Shown piece by piece: positions 23,403 to 32,000 of a stretch of 32,000 bases of DNA (positions within the stretch are counted from its first letter, which is position 1; every line of letters starts with the position of its first letter). The stretch is from Clostridia bacterium. GTDB taxonomy: Bacteria > Bacillota > Clostridia > UMGS1810. The notes under the pieces were generated by a model. It made no database searches. It was not told the DNA's origin and saw only the letters and a program-made list of their open reading frames with translations. Both the position numbers and the translations under genes were made by a program. The stretch lies in assembly GCA_017397885.1 (NCBI GenBank), contig JAFQHQ010000199.1:8603-40602 (forward strand), read 5' to 3'.

Positions 23403-26171
23403 TTACTCCTTAGTTGTTTCAAGATAATAATTATAGGGTGTCATAAATGTTGCGCCACATTCCTTCATATAATCAACCATTTGGGTGAAGCGTGTAAACT
23501 GTTCTTCGGGTCGGGAACTGTTTATTTGCCACCAGAGACCGCCGTGCATCTGAATGAGAATATAATCATCTTCAAGCTTTGATGCAAAGTTTGCCTTAAA
23601 CTGTTCAAAGTCGCTGAAAACTCCCGTTGCCGATTCCACATTTATGCGATTTGTAAGGTGGAGGAAGTTTGGTTCAACAGTGTACTGAGGAAGATTAATT
23701 TCATCAAGAGCAGTCATAACCACCTTAACACCCGGATAATTTTCGTTAAGCATTTCAACAGTTGTATCATCGGTTGCATTAAAAGGTGCACCTAAACTTT
23801 TAACTTCTATTCCTGCTTTTTCTTTCAAAAGGTTGTAGGTCTTTGAGAAGCTGTCGAGCTGTTTTTCATAGGAAAGCTTGTATTCTCCGTATTTTGAGGT
23901 GTCACCTTCTGCCCAGATTTCACCGTTTTCGTTGAAATAGGAATGATAGTAGCCGTGATGCCACACTTCAACAAGACCGCTTTCGTCCCACTTTTTGAGA
24001 GTGTCATAATAATCCTGATCGTGAACCTCTAAGCTATTGCCGATTACGCCAAACGCCATGGGAATGTTGTTTTCAACAGCATAATCATAAATCTTGTCAA
24101 AATTATTGTATGATGTGGCATCGGATCTTCCTCTTACGTCATCAAGCTTGAGAATAACAACAGGACCGTTTCCTGTTGCAGGAAGAATATCATTTTGCAG
24201 TGGTTTCAAACCGTTCATCTCCCATAAAAAGCTCTTTATTTCACATGTGGTCTTTTGCTCTTCGCTGATTGTCATGGTAAGTGAGTGAACCGTTTTTTCG
24301 CCATTTGGCGAGAAACGTTCTGCCCTGACATCTTCAAGAGCGCCTGTATGAGTGTTGTAAAGAGCCATAAAGTGCATAAGCTCATATTTCTTGCCGCCGT
24401 TTGCCCACACTGTAACAGAAGCTGTTACGTCACCGTCGGAAACTGCTCCCAGTGCAAGCTTTTCGCCGTTGTACATTTTTGAATAGCCAAATCCCGAAAA
24501 TTCCACATCGGCAAGCTTTGTTTGAAATTCGACAAAATCACTGAGGGCTTCACCGTCAACATTTTTTACATTGTTTAATACTATGTGATAGTTTGTGCCT
24601 TCCTTGAGCTGATAGTTTACTTTTATCGTATATTTGTCGGCAAAAGTGATATCATCTGCAGTTAAAACAGCCTCGCCGTTTATGAGAATGTTTTCGGGCA
24701 AAACAGAGCTTTGGTCTATTTCGTTGGTATAGGTCACCGTGAAGCTGCCGAGGGGATCTGCCGAAAGGGATGCTGTTGAGGGAACAGAGGAAGCAATTGC
24801 CATGGGGTAATCCTTGCCTTCACCGGGAATGAAGAAAGGCGTTTTATTACAAACTGTAATATCATCCATGTAGGTTGTGGTGAGTTTGCCCGTGGTTATG
24901 GTGTTGTAGCCAAGGTCCATGTGCCATGAATTGACGGTTACAATGTCATTGTCCCAAGAGGTGTCCGCAGTCCACTCTGCATCATAGCTAAACACTATTT
25001 TACCCTCTGACCAAACTTCAAGTCTTGCACAGTTGCCCTCGGGGTTATATGTCATTTTAATGTCGTACCAAACATTGTTTGAAAGCATTTCTCCGGTATC
25101 CTGACCGCAGAAAAACACCTTGTTGTAGCCGTTCTTTATTTCAAGAAGCTTACCGTAGAGCCCCGATTTCCCCGATGAATTTGTTCCGGAAATCTGAACT
25201 CTACGCATACTGCCTGCATCACAAAGATAAAGCGAATAATCAATTCCCACGGTACCCGTCATCGAAAGTCCCGATTTTAAAATGCTGAGACCTTTTTGAG
25301 TGTTGGTTTTAAAAGCCAGGCTTTGTCCCTTTTCGGTTTTTTCGGCTTCGATGGTTGCATAATATCCGTTTTCATCAAGCTCATAGGTGTTTTGGGTTTT
25401 TATGTCGTTACCCACAACCGAAAAATCTTCAAAATCGCAAAAATCCGAGTTGTAGAATCTGTTTATTGTCTTTACGGTTACATCATCAAAATATGATGTG
25501 GCGGCATTACCGCTTGAATAGGCAAATCTGATACGTTTGATGCTGTCATAGCTTGAATCAAAAATCTTTGTGCCGCTTGTTGTGACAACATTTTTTTCGG
25601 TTTCCAAATCATAAAGATTAAAACAGAATGCTCCCGAGATGATGTTATAATCAACCGACACTCTGTACCATTTGTCTGCCTCCCATTTGGCACCGGTATT
25701 GACACCAAAAGCATTTATTGCCTGCTGACTGTTGCCGTAAAATGCAACCACTGTCTGAAATGATGACTGAGTGTTTGTCTCGGTGTCATAAAACATGAAC
25801 TGCAAAGATCTTGAGGACAGTGCAGAGTCCATCTTTGTGGAGTATTCATAGTGAACAGACGAAGTCATGGGTTCATTTGCATAGTAGTCGAGGGCTCTGT
25901 TGTAGTTTTTTCCGCCCTGGGAAATCATTACACAGGTGTTGTCACCTTCCTTGTATGAGGTGACACCGCCCCCGTCTGCAGGAGTCGGCACATAACAACC
26001 CCAAAAACCATATGTGCCTGCCGGAGGGTCTTTTCTCATCAAACCTGTTTCGTCAAGATAGTTGTTAAAATCAAAAGATTCGTCCACACCGGTGTGAGCC
26101 AGTGCGGTCAGCGACATTGTCATGGTTATCGCAAGTGCCGCAAGGATTATAAAACCAAATATCTTTTTCAT
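23403..26171 (-). CDS. Secreted multidomain protein: 2x LamG/ConA-like modules, an Ig-like domain, a beta-sandwich and a C-terminal deacetylase-like (DUF2334/NodB-like) domain
   Basis: Signal peptide MKKIFGFIILAALAITMTMSLTALA. Two modules end in '...SYFDDVTV' and '...TYMDDITV'. The Ig-like segment 'FTVTYTNEIDQSSV...GTNYHIVLNNVKNVDGEAL' is SbsA/Big-like. The C-terminal approximately 250 aa (23406-24167) carries 'VVILKLDDV' and 'VWHHGYYH', reminiscent of DUF2334-type deacetylases. Confidence 0.6.
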   Translation of the reverse strand: MKKIFGFIILAALAITMTMSLTALAHTGVDESFDFNNYLDETGLMRKDPPAGTYGFWGCYVPTPADGGGVTSYKEGDNTCVMISQGGKNYNRALDYYANEPMTSSVHYEYSTKMDSALSSRSLQFMFYDTETNTQSSFQTVVAFYGNSQQAINAFGVNTGAKWEADKWYRVSVDYNIISGAFCFNLYDLETEKNVVTTSGTKIFDSSYDSIKRIRFAYSSGNAATSYFDDVTVKTINRFYNSDFCDFEDFSVVGNDIKTQNTYELDENGYYATIEAEKTEKGQSLAFKTNTQKGLSILKSGLSMTGTVGIDYSLYLCDAGSMRRVQISGTNSSGKSGLYGKLLEIKNGYNKVFFCGQDTGEMLSNNVWYDIKMTYNPEGNCARLEVWSEGKIVFSYDAEWTADTSWDNDIVTVNSWHMDLGYNTITTGKLTTTYMDDITVCNKTPFFIPGEGKDYPMAIASSVPSTASLSADPLGSFTVTYTNEIDQSSVLPENILINGEAVLTADDITFADKYTIKVNYQLKEGTNYHIVLNNVKNVDGEALSDFVEFQTKLADVEFSGFGYSKMYNGEKLALGAVSDGDVTASVTVWANGGKKYELMHFMALYNTHTGALEDVRAERFSPNGEKTVHSLTMTISEEQKTTCEIKSFLWEMNGLKPLQNDILPATGNGPVVILKLDDVRGRSDATSYNNFDKIYDYAVENNIPMAFGVIGNSLEVHDQDYYDTLKKWDESGLVEVWHHGYYHSYFNENGEIWAEGDTSKYGEYKLSYEKQLDSFSKTYNLLKEKAGIEVKSLGAPFNATDDTTVEMLNENYPGVKVVMTALDEINLPQYTVEPNFLHLTNRINVESATGVFSDFEQFKANFASKLEDDYILIQMHGGLWWQINSSRPEEQFTRFTQMVDYMKECGATFMTPYNYYLETTKE

Positions 26172-26181
26172 ATTGTCCTCC

Positions 26182-28776
26182 TTATTTATAAATTATCATC
26201 ACACCGCCGGTGTTTCCGTATCTTGAATACATTATGACCTCAGAGCCTTCGCCGGAGCTTTTGTAGGACACAAGATCACTCACAGCTCCCTTTCTCAAAG
26301 GATTTTTTTGAGATGAATCGTACACATATTTTATGTAGGAACGGGCGTTGTGACTTTCAAGAGTCATATTTTCAGTATTTTCCGGAACTTCATTGAGAGA
26401 AACCATGATGTTGCCCGAATCTATTGAATACACCTCACCTTTGGCAACTCTGAATATATAACTCATATCGCCGGCGTTTGTATATTGCGGATATTTGAAG
26501 GTGTCTGTTTCTCTTTCATAAATAAGCTCTATTGCCGAGGCGTAGCCCTTGGAATCACGACCGAACTTGATGATGTCACCGCACTCGGGCACATGATTGT
26601 TATTTGGCTCATACAAAGACTTAACATTTTTAAGAACATTTTCGGGAACATCCACATATTCGGCTGTTTCTTTGGTGTACATGTATATTCTTGTGTAGGC
26701 ATCTCCTTCGGGAGACAAAACTGTGGAAACCTTTTCAACAACAGATATGGGATGGTCGATAGGAACTGTTGAAGAAATTCCTCCGCTTCGGGGACGAATG
26801 AATATGCAGTCTGCAAAATGTGACTGAGAATCACGTTTATAAAAATCTACACTGTAGTTTTGTCCGCCGGCAAAATAAGCCATTGAAGAAACTGCATAAT
26901 CTTCATCGTCGGCATCGGACGGACTCAGCGGTGCAACAAGCACTCTTGTTTCGCTGTCAACGGGAATAAGCCCTTCAAATATGCCTACATTTCTGTATTC
27001 AACCTCTTTCGGCGTTGCAAGAATGTTTCCCGATGCATCAAAGTTGCACAGATAATGAGCGGTAAGAGAATCGTCTGTTTCGAAGGATGTTTTTTCTAAA
27101 GTGTCTATAAAATTCACTTCGCCCTTGGAATTGGTTTTATAAAAAACAGGTCCTTGTGAAAGTGAAAGATTTGCATAATCCGAAATCTTTTCACCATCTA
27201 TTACAACGGTTTTTGCAAGGGTTGTAATAACTATTCCGCTTTCGTCATTTAAAAGCTTCAGGGTGTAGGAATCGTCAAGTCCTCTTCCCTTTTGACTTCC
27301 AATGAGAAAGCCGTAGTATTCTCTTTCGGAACCAAGTTTTTTCACTGCAACAATTTCGCCGTTTTTGTTAAATATGAAAATGCCTGAAAGTCCAACGGTA
27401 ACCTCTTCGTTTTTCTCAAAGTCTGATGATATGCCGTATCGGTTCGAGTCAATTGTAACATATGCTTTGTTGCCGCTTTTTTCAACGGAGGAAATTGTTC
27501 CAACAACTTCCTTGTTGACAAAATATGCTTTTACAATTGAGCCGTTTTTGCTTCTCATAACCGAGACAACATCCCTTTTTAAAAGCTCGGCAACATACAT
27601 TTCGGTGCCGAAATCATTGACAAAGCTGAATATCTCATAATCATCGGGATTGAGACTGACAAACTTTTTGTTGTCATAAAGATCATACACAACGGCATTG
27701 GCAGAATCAATGTCGGAAACAACATAGTCTTCGTACACATTTATAAATGCCACGTCAAACTTATTGTCACCGCTGTTTTCAACAAAGGTGACCGTTGCAC
27801 CGTCGACAGAAAAATCATTTGAGTCAAATCGCTGTGTCAGTGCGCCGTTATACACAACACGCAAAGAAGGCGAAAGAGAAATGCGGCTGTCTTTTTTGTC
27901 GGTGGCATAGGTAACCAAAGACGCACTCACATCGATGATATCCTCCGACAAAAGAGTGATAACCTTGCTTTCGGTTTCCGATATGCTTAATATTTCCGAA
28001 CTTTCGGCATCATAATAAAACTCAACGTTTTTGCCGACAAGACTTTCGCTTTTTGCACCGTCACGGTAGAGATAATCTTTTCCGTCTATAACAATACTGT
28101 CCTTTTGGGTGTTTGTTGTATCGGTTATACCAAGACCGTATATGCTCTCGGCTATGCCCTCATCCCTTTTTATGCCGTGATAGAGACTGAGCACCGTGTC
28201 ATCGGTTGTTTCGTAGCTTATGGTATCCCCCAAAGATGATATTTTTAAAATGCGGGTATTTATTGCATTGTACAGCAAAGCAAGGGCGTTGTTTCTGTCG
28301 AGAACAGAGTCTGCCCCCGCAGCAACACCTTTGTTGATACCAATTTCATTTGCAACCGAGGCAAATCCGAGAGGATATCCGCCTTTGATGTTTGCATAGT
28401 CACCGTATCCGAGAGCGGTTACAATCATTTTCAATGCTTCGTTATATTTAACCTCGGCATCAGGATTTACCCTCAGTGATGAAAAAACTCCTATTTTGTA
28501 TGCGGCACTCAGTGATTGATAATACTTATGATTGATATCTGCATCTTCAAATACCACACTGTTGTCACACAGGGATGAGCCGTTAATCATTTTGATGATT
28601 GCATCGGCAAATTCTCCCCTGGTCATTTTGTCTGATTCAACACCACCAGCGATAATGCCGAGGTCCGACAAAACCTTAAAACTTTTGGAAGATTGCGTAT
28701 CTGCCTGTGCCATACACGGAGTAATAAGTGAGCAAAATACGGATATGGATAATATAAATGCGATTATTTTTTTCAT
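26182..28776 (-). CDS. Secreted cell-wall-associated protein with N-terminal SLH-like repeats and a large beta-rich body of unknown function
   Basis: Signal peptide (…LITPCMAQA|DT). The SLH-like segments are 'LSDLGIIAGG...MTRGEFADAIIKMI', 'FEDADINHKYYQSLSAAYKIGVF...YNEALKMIVTAL' and 'FASVANEIGINKGV...RNNALALLYNAI'. I recognised no motifs in the remaining approximately 680 aa. Confidence 0.6.
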   Translation of the reverse strand: MKKIIAFILSISVFCSLITPCMAQADTQSSKSFKVLSDLGIIAGGVESDKMTRGEFADAIIKMINGSSLCDNSVVFEDADINHKYYQSLSAAYKIGVFSSLRVNPDAEVKYNEALKMIVTALGYGDYANIKGGYPLGFASVANEIGINKGVAAGADSVLDRNNALALLYNAINTRILKISSLGDTISYETTDDTVLSLYHGIKRDEGIAESIYGLGITDTTNTQKDSIVIDGKDYLYRDGAKSESLVGKNVEFYYDAESSEILSISETESKVITLLSEDIIDVSASLVTYATDKKDSRISLSPSLRVVYNGALTQRFDSNDFSVDGATVTFVENSGDNKFDVAFINVYEDYVVSDIDSANAVVYDLYDNKKFVSLNPDDYEIFSFVNDFGTEMYVAELLKRDVVSVMRSKNGSIVKAYFVNKEVVGTISSVEKSGNKAYVTIDSNRYGISSDFEKNEEVTVGLSGIFIFNKNGEIVAVKKLGSEREYYGFLIGSQKGRGLDDSYTLKLLNDESGIVITTLAKTVVIDGEKISDYANLSLSQGPVFYKTNSKGEVNFIDTLEKTSFETDDSLTAHYLCNFDASGNILATPKEVEYRNVGIFEGLIPVDSETRVLVAPLSPSDADDEDYAVSSMAYFAGGQNYSVDFYKRDSQSHFADCIFIRPRSGGISSTVPIDHPISVVEKVSTVLSPEGDAYTRIYMYTKETAEYVDVPENVLKNVKSLYEPNNNHVPECGDIIKFGRDSKGYASAIELIYERETDTFKYPQYTNAGDMSYIFRVAKGEVYSIDSGNIMVSLNEVPENTENMTLESHNARSYIKYVYDSSQKNPLRKGAVSDLVSYKSSGEGSEVIMYSRYGNTGGVMIIYK

Positions 28777-28783
28777 ATTAAAC

Positions 28784-31700
28784 TCACTCCTTTATAAGAT
28801 AATATAATATTTTTGCCGCTTCTGCCCTTGTGGCATTGCCCTTTGGAACAAAGCAGTTGTCTTCTCTGCCGTTTACAATGCCTTTGGAGCTAAGTAATGC
28901 AACTGCACCGCGTGCATAGGATGCAATTTGTGCTTCGTCTGCAAAGGAAAGAGCATCAGTCGATGAGTTTTCTCCCATTGCACGAACAGCCATTACGGCA
29001 AGATCTTCTCTGGTGATGTATTTTCCGACACCAAAAAGTTCATGGGATATTCCGTTTACAATTCCGCTTTCAAATGCCGAGGCAACATAGGGATAGTACC
29101 AGCAGTTAGTGTCTGCATCTGCAAAATCTGCCTTTGCCGAAGCGTTGTATTTTCCGAAGGCTTGAACAAGCATTTTTACAAATTCTTCTCTTGTAACCAA
29201 ATCATTCGGTGCAAAAGTTTCGTTTGACTTGCCGTTTACAATGCCTTTTTTCCAAAGACCTTCAATTGCCTCTCTTGCCCATTCCACACTCGCAAGGTCG
29301 TTGAATTGCACAGATGCTTCTACAGTTGGAGTTGAAGCGACAGGCGGCGTCACATCAAAATTCACATCGGGTCCCTGAGGTGTCCATGAGCTGCCGCCTC
29401 CCGATGAAGAACTTCCGCTTTCTTTTTTGGAATAAGAAGTTATTTCATCGTTAAAAAATTCTATGCATTCATCGGCATCGGCGAAGGGGCTCTCCTTCTT
29501 TACCGCATCGATAACCTTATCCTGCTTTGAAGCACTGAGCTTGTTGAATTTGCTCATGTCGGCTCCAAGAAGGTTTTTAAGCACATATTCGATGTCACGG
29601 TCTGCATCTGCAGTGTCAATTACCGTGAGTGCCGTTGCATCGGAAAGTGCATTTTTCAGTTCGTCCACGTTGTCAAGGCTTGTGATTTTTGCAATTTTTT
29701 GGTGAACCGAATTCTTTTCGTCATCGGAAAAATCTTTGTAGAATTCATATGCCTTGGCTTTTGTCCACATGAGCGTGGGTTCAAAGGCTTCAATAAGCTC
29801 TGCAATTTTGTCGCAATCGGTTTCACTGCAAACCGACACAAGCAAAATCTCGGCGTTGTAATTTGCTTTAAACTGAGAAAGTCCACCGTATTCGTCGCCG
29901 GGGAGCTTGCTTCGTGCCTCGCCCAAAGCCTTGCACACCTTTTCTCTGTCATCTTCGGAAAGAGCCAGATAAAAAGCTGTGTCAATTTCAAGAACAAAGG
30001 ACTTTGTAGTTATGATTGTATCATAATCGGGCTGTGAGGCGTTGAGCATTTGCAAAATCTCATTTTTCTCTCTTGTGGAGATAAATGTAAAGGCATCATC
30101 GGTATATTCCGAGTTTCCTTCTGTTTTTGCAAGCACACCGTAACGACCGCTTTCACCGTTGAAGCAAAAGCTGAAAACATCATTTGAAATGTTACCTTCA
30201 AATTCTCTTACAAACACAATGTCATCCGATGAAGCATCAATTGGTGTAACGCCGTCTTTGTATACTGCAAAAAGAAGCTTTTCTTCATCGGCACCGTATC
30301 CGTATACGGTGATATAACCGGTGTCGGGGTTGGCTTCGATTTTTTTGAAATCGGCATCACTGCCTTCTGCACCGGATATGTTTCCGACAGTTGACACGTT
30401 CACAAGATTGTTCATTTCACCGAGAGAATCCCACACAAAAGCCTGAACTATGTCACCCTCGGTATAATCTGCTTCCACGGAAAATGTCTGAAGTTCGTTT
30501 GTAATTGTAACATCATTTGTGACAAATGATTTGTATACATTGGCTGAATCGGTTATATACAGAGCAAAAATTCCGTTGTGGTCTGCTCTGTTGTTTGATT
30601 TTGCATCAAACATTGCCGTTATTTTGCCGTCTGAGTATGAAAAATCAACACTGCTTATGTCAAGCTTTTCGGGCACTGCAAATGTGTGTGAAAAATCTGC
30701 GGTGTTGCCGAAAATATCTGTTGCATCAAAGGTGACGGTGTTATTTGTTCCGTAGTCAATGCCGTCTGCACTAAAAGCTATGGTTCTGCCCTCTGCCAAG
30801 TAGTTTGTTTCCTCTCCGCCGAGCATAAAGCTTTCAATGCTATCTATGGGGTTTCTCATTTTTATGACAACATCAGCCGAAACGCTGTCCTCATAAAAGA
30901 TATATTCGCAAGAAACATTTTCGAGCCTGTGCTCATACACCGTGTTAAACGACAAATTGTCAACAAGGGTTTGTGTTGCTGTTTCGCCTCCCGAAACAGA
31001 GATTGAAAATCCGCTGATGTCTGCCCGGGTCATGTCGGCTTCAGAGGTGAATTCGTTTCCGTCTTCATCATAAATAACAGCATTTGCCTTTTTGCTTGCC
31101 GAATCGGCAATAAGTTTTACGCTGTATTTTTTGTTTTCTTCAAGCTCAAAATCGGAAGTATCCATCAAAGTATCGTTGCCGAATTTCACAAAACGTGGTG
31201 AGCTGTCCGAAAGAGTCATATCAAATGAAAGCATATATTTTCCCCAAAGCTTTGAAGAAAAATTCTTTTTGAGAGACAGCTCCGATGCTTCTCCCTCTGC
31301 CGTGTTAAGACTTAATGCCCCCTCCGATGCCCACACACCGTTTTTGTCTGCAATACCGTCCGAAAGAGTGAAGCCCTGCGGGGCTGTTTGTCCGTTTGAT
31401 GCAGAAGAAAAATCGTCAAAATCATAGTTGAATTCCTGATTTGGATACACATCCTGTGCAGGGGTGATTTCGATGTTGTCAAAATATGTATTTGATTCAT
31501 CTGCACAAGGGCTGTTGTATCCGAATAAAATTTGATGAATATTAATCAGCCCGGTGTATGAAGCATAATATCCGCTTTTGAAGTAATATTCGTCCTCACC
31601 CGCTGTTTCGGCTTCGTAGTAGCCTGAGGCAACATTGTATTTGAGACGGACATCATACCATTTTTTTGTGCTCAAATATACATTTTGATTTGAACTGTTT

Positions 31701-32000
31701 TTAAAGGAACTGCCGAAAGCGCTGAGCTGTCCGTTTTTATCCACACGCCAGAAAAGGTGCTGTTTGTTGTCGGCTCCGTCATTTTCACGAAGCTGAATGC
31801 CTCTGCCCTGAGCGGCATCATTCATATATACCGATGCTTTAATCTCAATGCCGTCTGTGACATACTGATTAAAATTGTATCTCAAAGTAAGCGCATAGCT
31901 CCTCATTTTGAGATGATTCTTTGGGATAATCATATTAATTGCAGTTCCGTGCTCTGTCTCAATGGGTGCCACACCGTAGTGAGGAGCCGTGTCGCTTTGA
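28784..32000 (-). CDS. Giant S-layer-homology (SLH) anchored surface protein; N-terminus lies outside the window
   Basis: The reading frame stays open to base 32000 (…QSDTAPHYGVAPIETEHG…) and no signal peptide falls inside the window. There are two LamG/ConA-like modules ('NTYFDNIEI', 'TLVDNLSF'), Ig-like and beta-sandwich modules, a helical region and a G/S linker. Three canonical C-terminal SLH domains (28787-29305) include 'FNDLASVEWAREAIEGLWKKGIVNG' and 'TRAEAAKILYYLI'. Confidence 0.8.
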   Translation of the reverse strand, partial: QSDTAPHYGVAPIETEHGTAINMIIPKNHLKMRSYALTLRYNFNQYVTDGIEIKASVYMNDAAQGRGIQLRENDGADNKQHLFWRVDKNGQLSAFGSSFKNSSNQNVYLSTKKWYDVRLKYNVASGYYEAETAGEDEYYFKSGYYASYTGLINIHQILFGYNSPCADESNTYFDNIEITPAQDVYPNQEFNYDFDDFSSASNGQTAPQGFTLSDGIADKNGVWASEGALSLNTAEGEASELSLKKNFSSKLWGKYMLSFDMTLSDSSPRFVKFGNDTLMDTSDFELEENKKYSVKLIADSASKKANAVIYDEDGNEFTSEADMTRADISGFSISVSGGETATQTLVDNLSFNTVYEHRLENVSCEYIFYEDSVSADVVIKMRNPIDSIESFMLGGEETNYLAEGRTIAFSADGIDYGTNNTVTFDATDIFGNTADFSHTFAVPEKLDISSVDFSYSDGKITAMFDAKSNNRADHNGIFALYITDSANVYKSFVTNDVTITNELQTFSVEADYTEGDIVQAFVWDSLGEMNNLVNVSTVGNISGAEGSDADFKKIEANPDTGYITVYGYGADEEKLLFAVYKDGVTPIDASSDDIVFVREFEGNISNDVFSFCFNGESGRYGVLAKTEGNSEYTDDAFTFISTREKNEILQMLNASQPDYDTIITTKSFVLEIDTAFYLALSEDDREKVCKALGEARSKLPGDEYGGLSQFKANYNAEILLVSVCSETDCDKIAELIEAFEPTLMWTKAKAYEFYKDFSDDEKNSVHQKIAKITSLDNVDELKNALSDATALTVIDTADADRDIEYVLKNLLGADMSKFNKLSASKQDKVIDAVKKESPFADADECIEFFNDEITSYSKKESGSSSSGGGSSWTPQGPDVNFDVTPPVASTPTVEASVQFNDLASVEWAREAIEGLWKKGIVNGKSNETFAPNDLVTREEFVKMLVQAFGKYNASAKADFADADTNCWYYPYVASAFESGIVNGISHELFGVGKYITREDLAVMAVRAMGENSSTDALSFADEAQIASYARGAVALLSSKGIVNGREDNCFVPKGNATRAEAAKILYYLIKE

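Noticed and set aside
1-32000. Search for mobile elements, prophage genes, toxin-antitoxin pairs, restriction-modification or other defence systems, tRNA/rRNA genes and CRISPR
   Set aside because: No ORF shows transposase, integrase, recombinase, nuclease-helicase, methyltransferase or Cas-like motifs. I saw no long terminal inverted or direct repeats. No intergenic region is long enough or structured enough for rRNA or tRNA.

Overview
This 32 kb window looks like chromosomal DNA from a low-GC Gram-positive anaerobe, probably a Clostridia-type Firmicute. The evidence is GGAGG ribosome-binding sites, SLH cell-wall anchoring domains and Fak/DegV/PlsX lipid genes. Coding density is high. I found no rRNA, tRNA, CRISPR array, transposase, integrase or recognisable defence gene.

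Layout:
- 1-3040 (+): the tail of a Gfo/Idh/MocA oxidoreductase, a GH20-like glycosidase and an acidic lipoprotein.
- 3144-8487 (-): a tightly coupled six-gene operon. In transcription order it encodes an AMP-ligase fused to a carrier domain, two PlsC/LPLAT acyltransferases, a stand-alone ACP, an LRAT/PLAAT-like Cys-His acyltransferase and a MATE/MOP transporter.
- 8668-10474 (-): three tandem paralogous zinc-ribbon plus 3-TM membrane proteins with their own promoter and a double terminator.
- 10517-12271 (-): an Sfp-type phosphopantetheinyl transferase and a lysophospholipase-like hydrolase.
- 12313-14355 (+): a membrane-anchored alpha/beta hydrolase and a GT2 with a GtrA-like tail.
- 14363-18900 (-): a fakB-fakB-fakA-plsX operon.
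- 18979-21941 (+): an alpha/beta hydrolase with a Cys at the nucleophile elbow, a CE4/DUF3473-type deacetylase, a GNAT and an MBL-fold hydrolase, followed by a decayed GyrI-like regulator fragment.
- 22342-32000 (-): a four-gene cell-surface operon. It has two giant SLH proteins, a secreted LamG-like/Ig-like/deacetylase-like protein and a Gfo/Idh/MocA oxidoreductase.

The strongest candidate for an undescribed system is the carrier-protein-dependent acyl-activation, acyl-transfer and export operon with its PPTase and hydrolase neighbours. It sits next to the exogenous fatty-acid (Fak/PlsX) operon and is interrupted by the zinc-ribbon membrane-protein triad. All functional calls come from motif recognition by eye. 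No database search was run.
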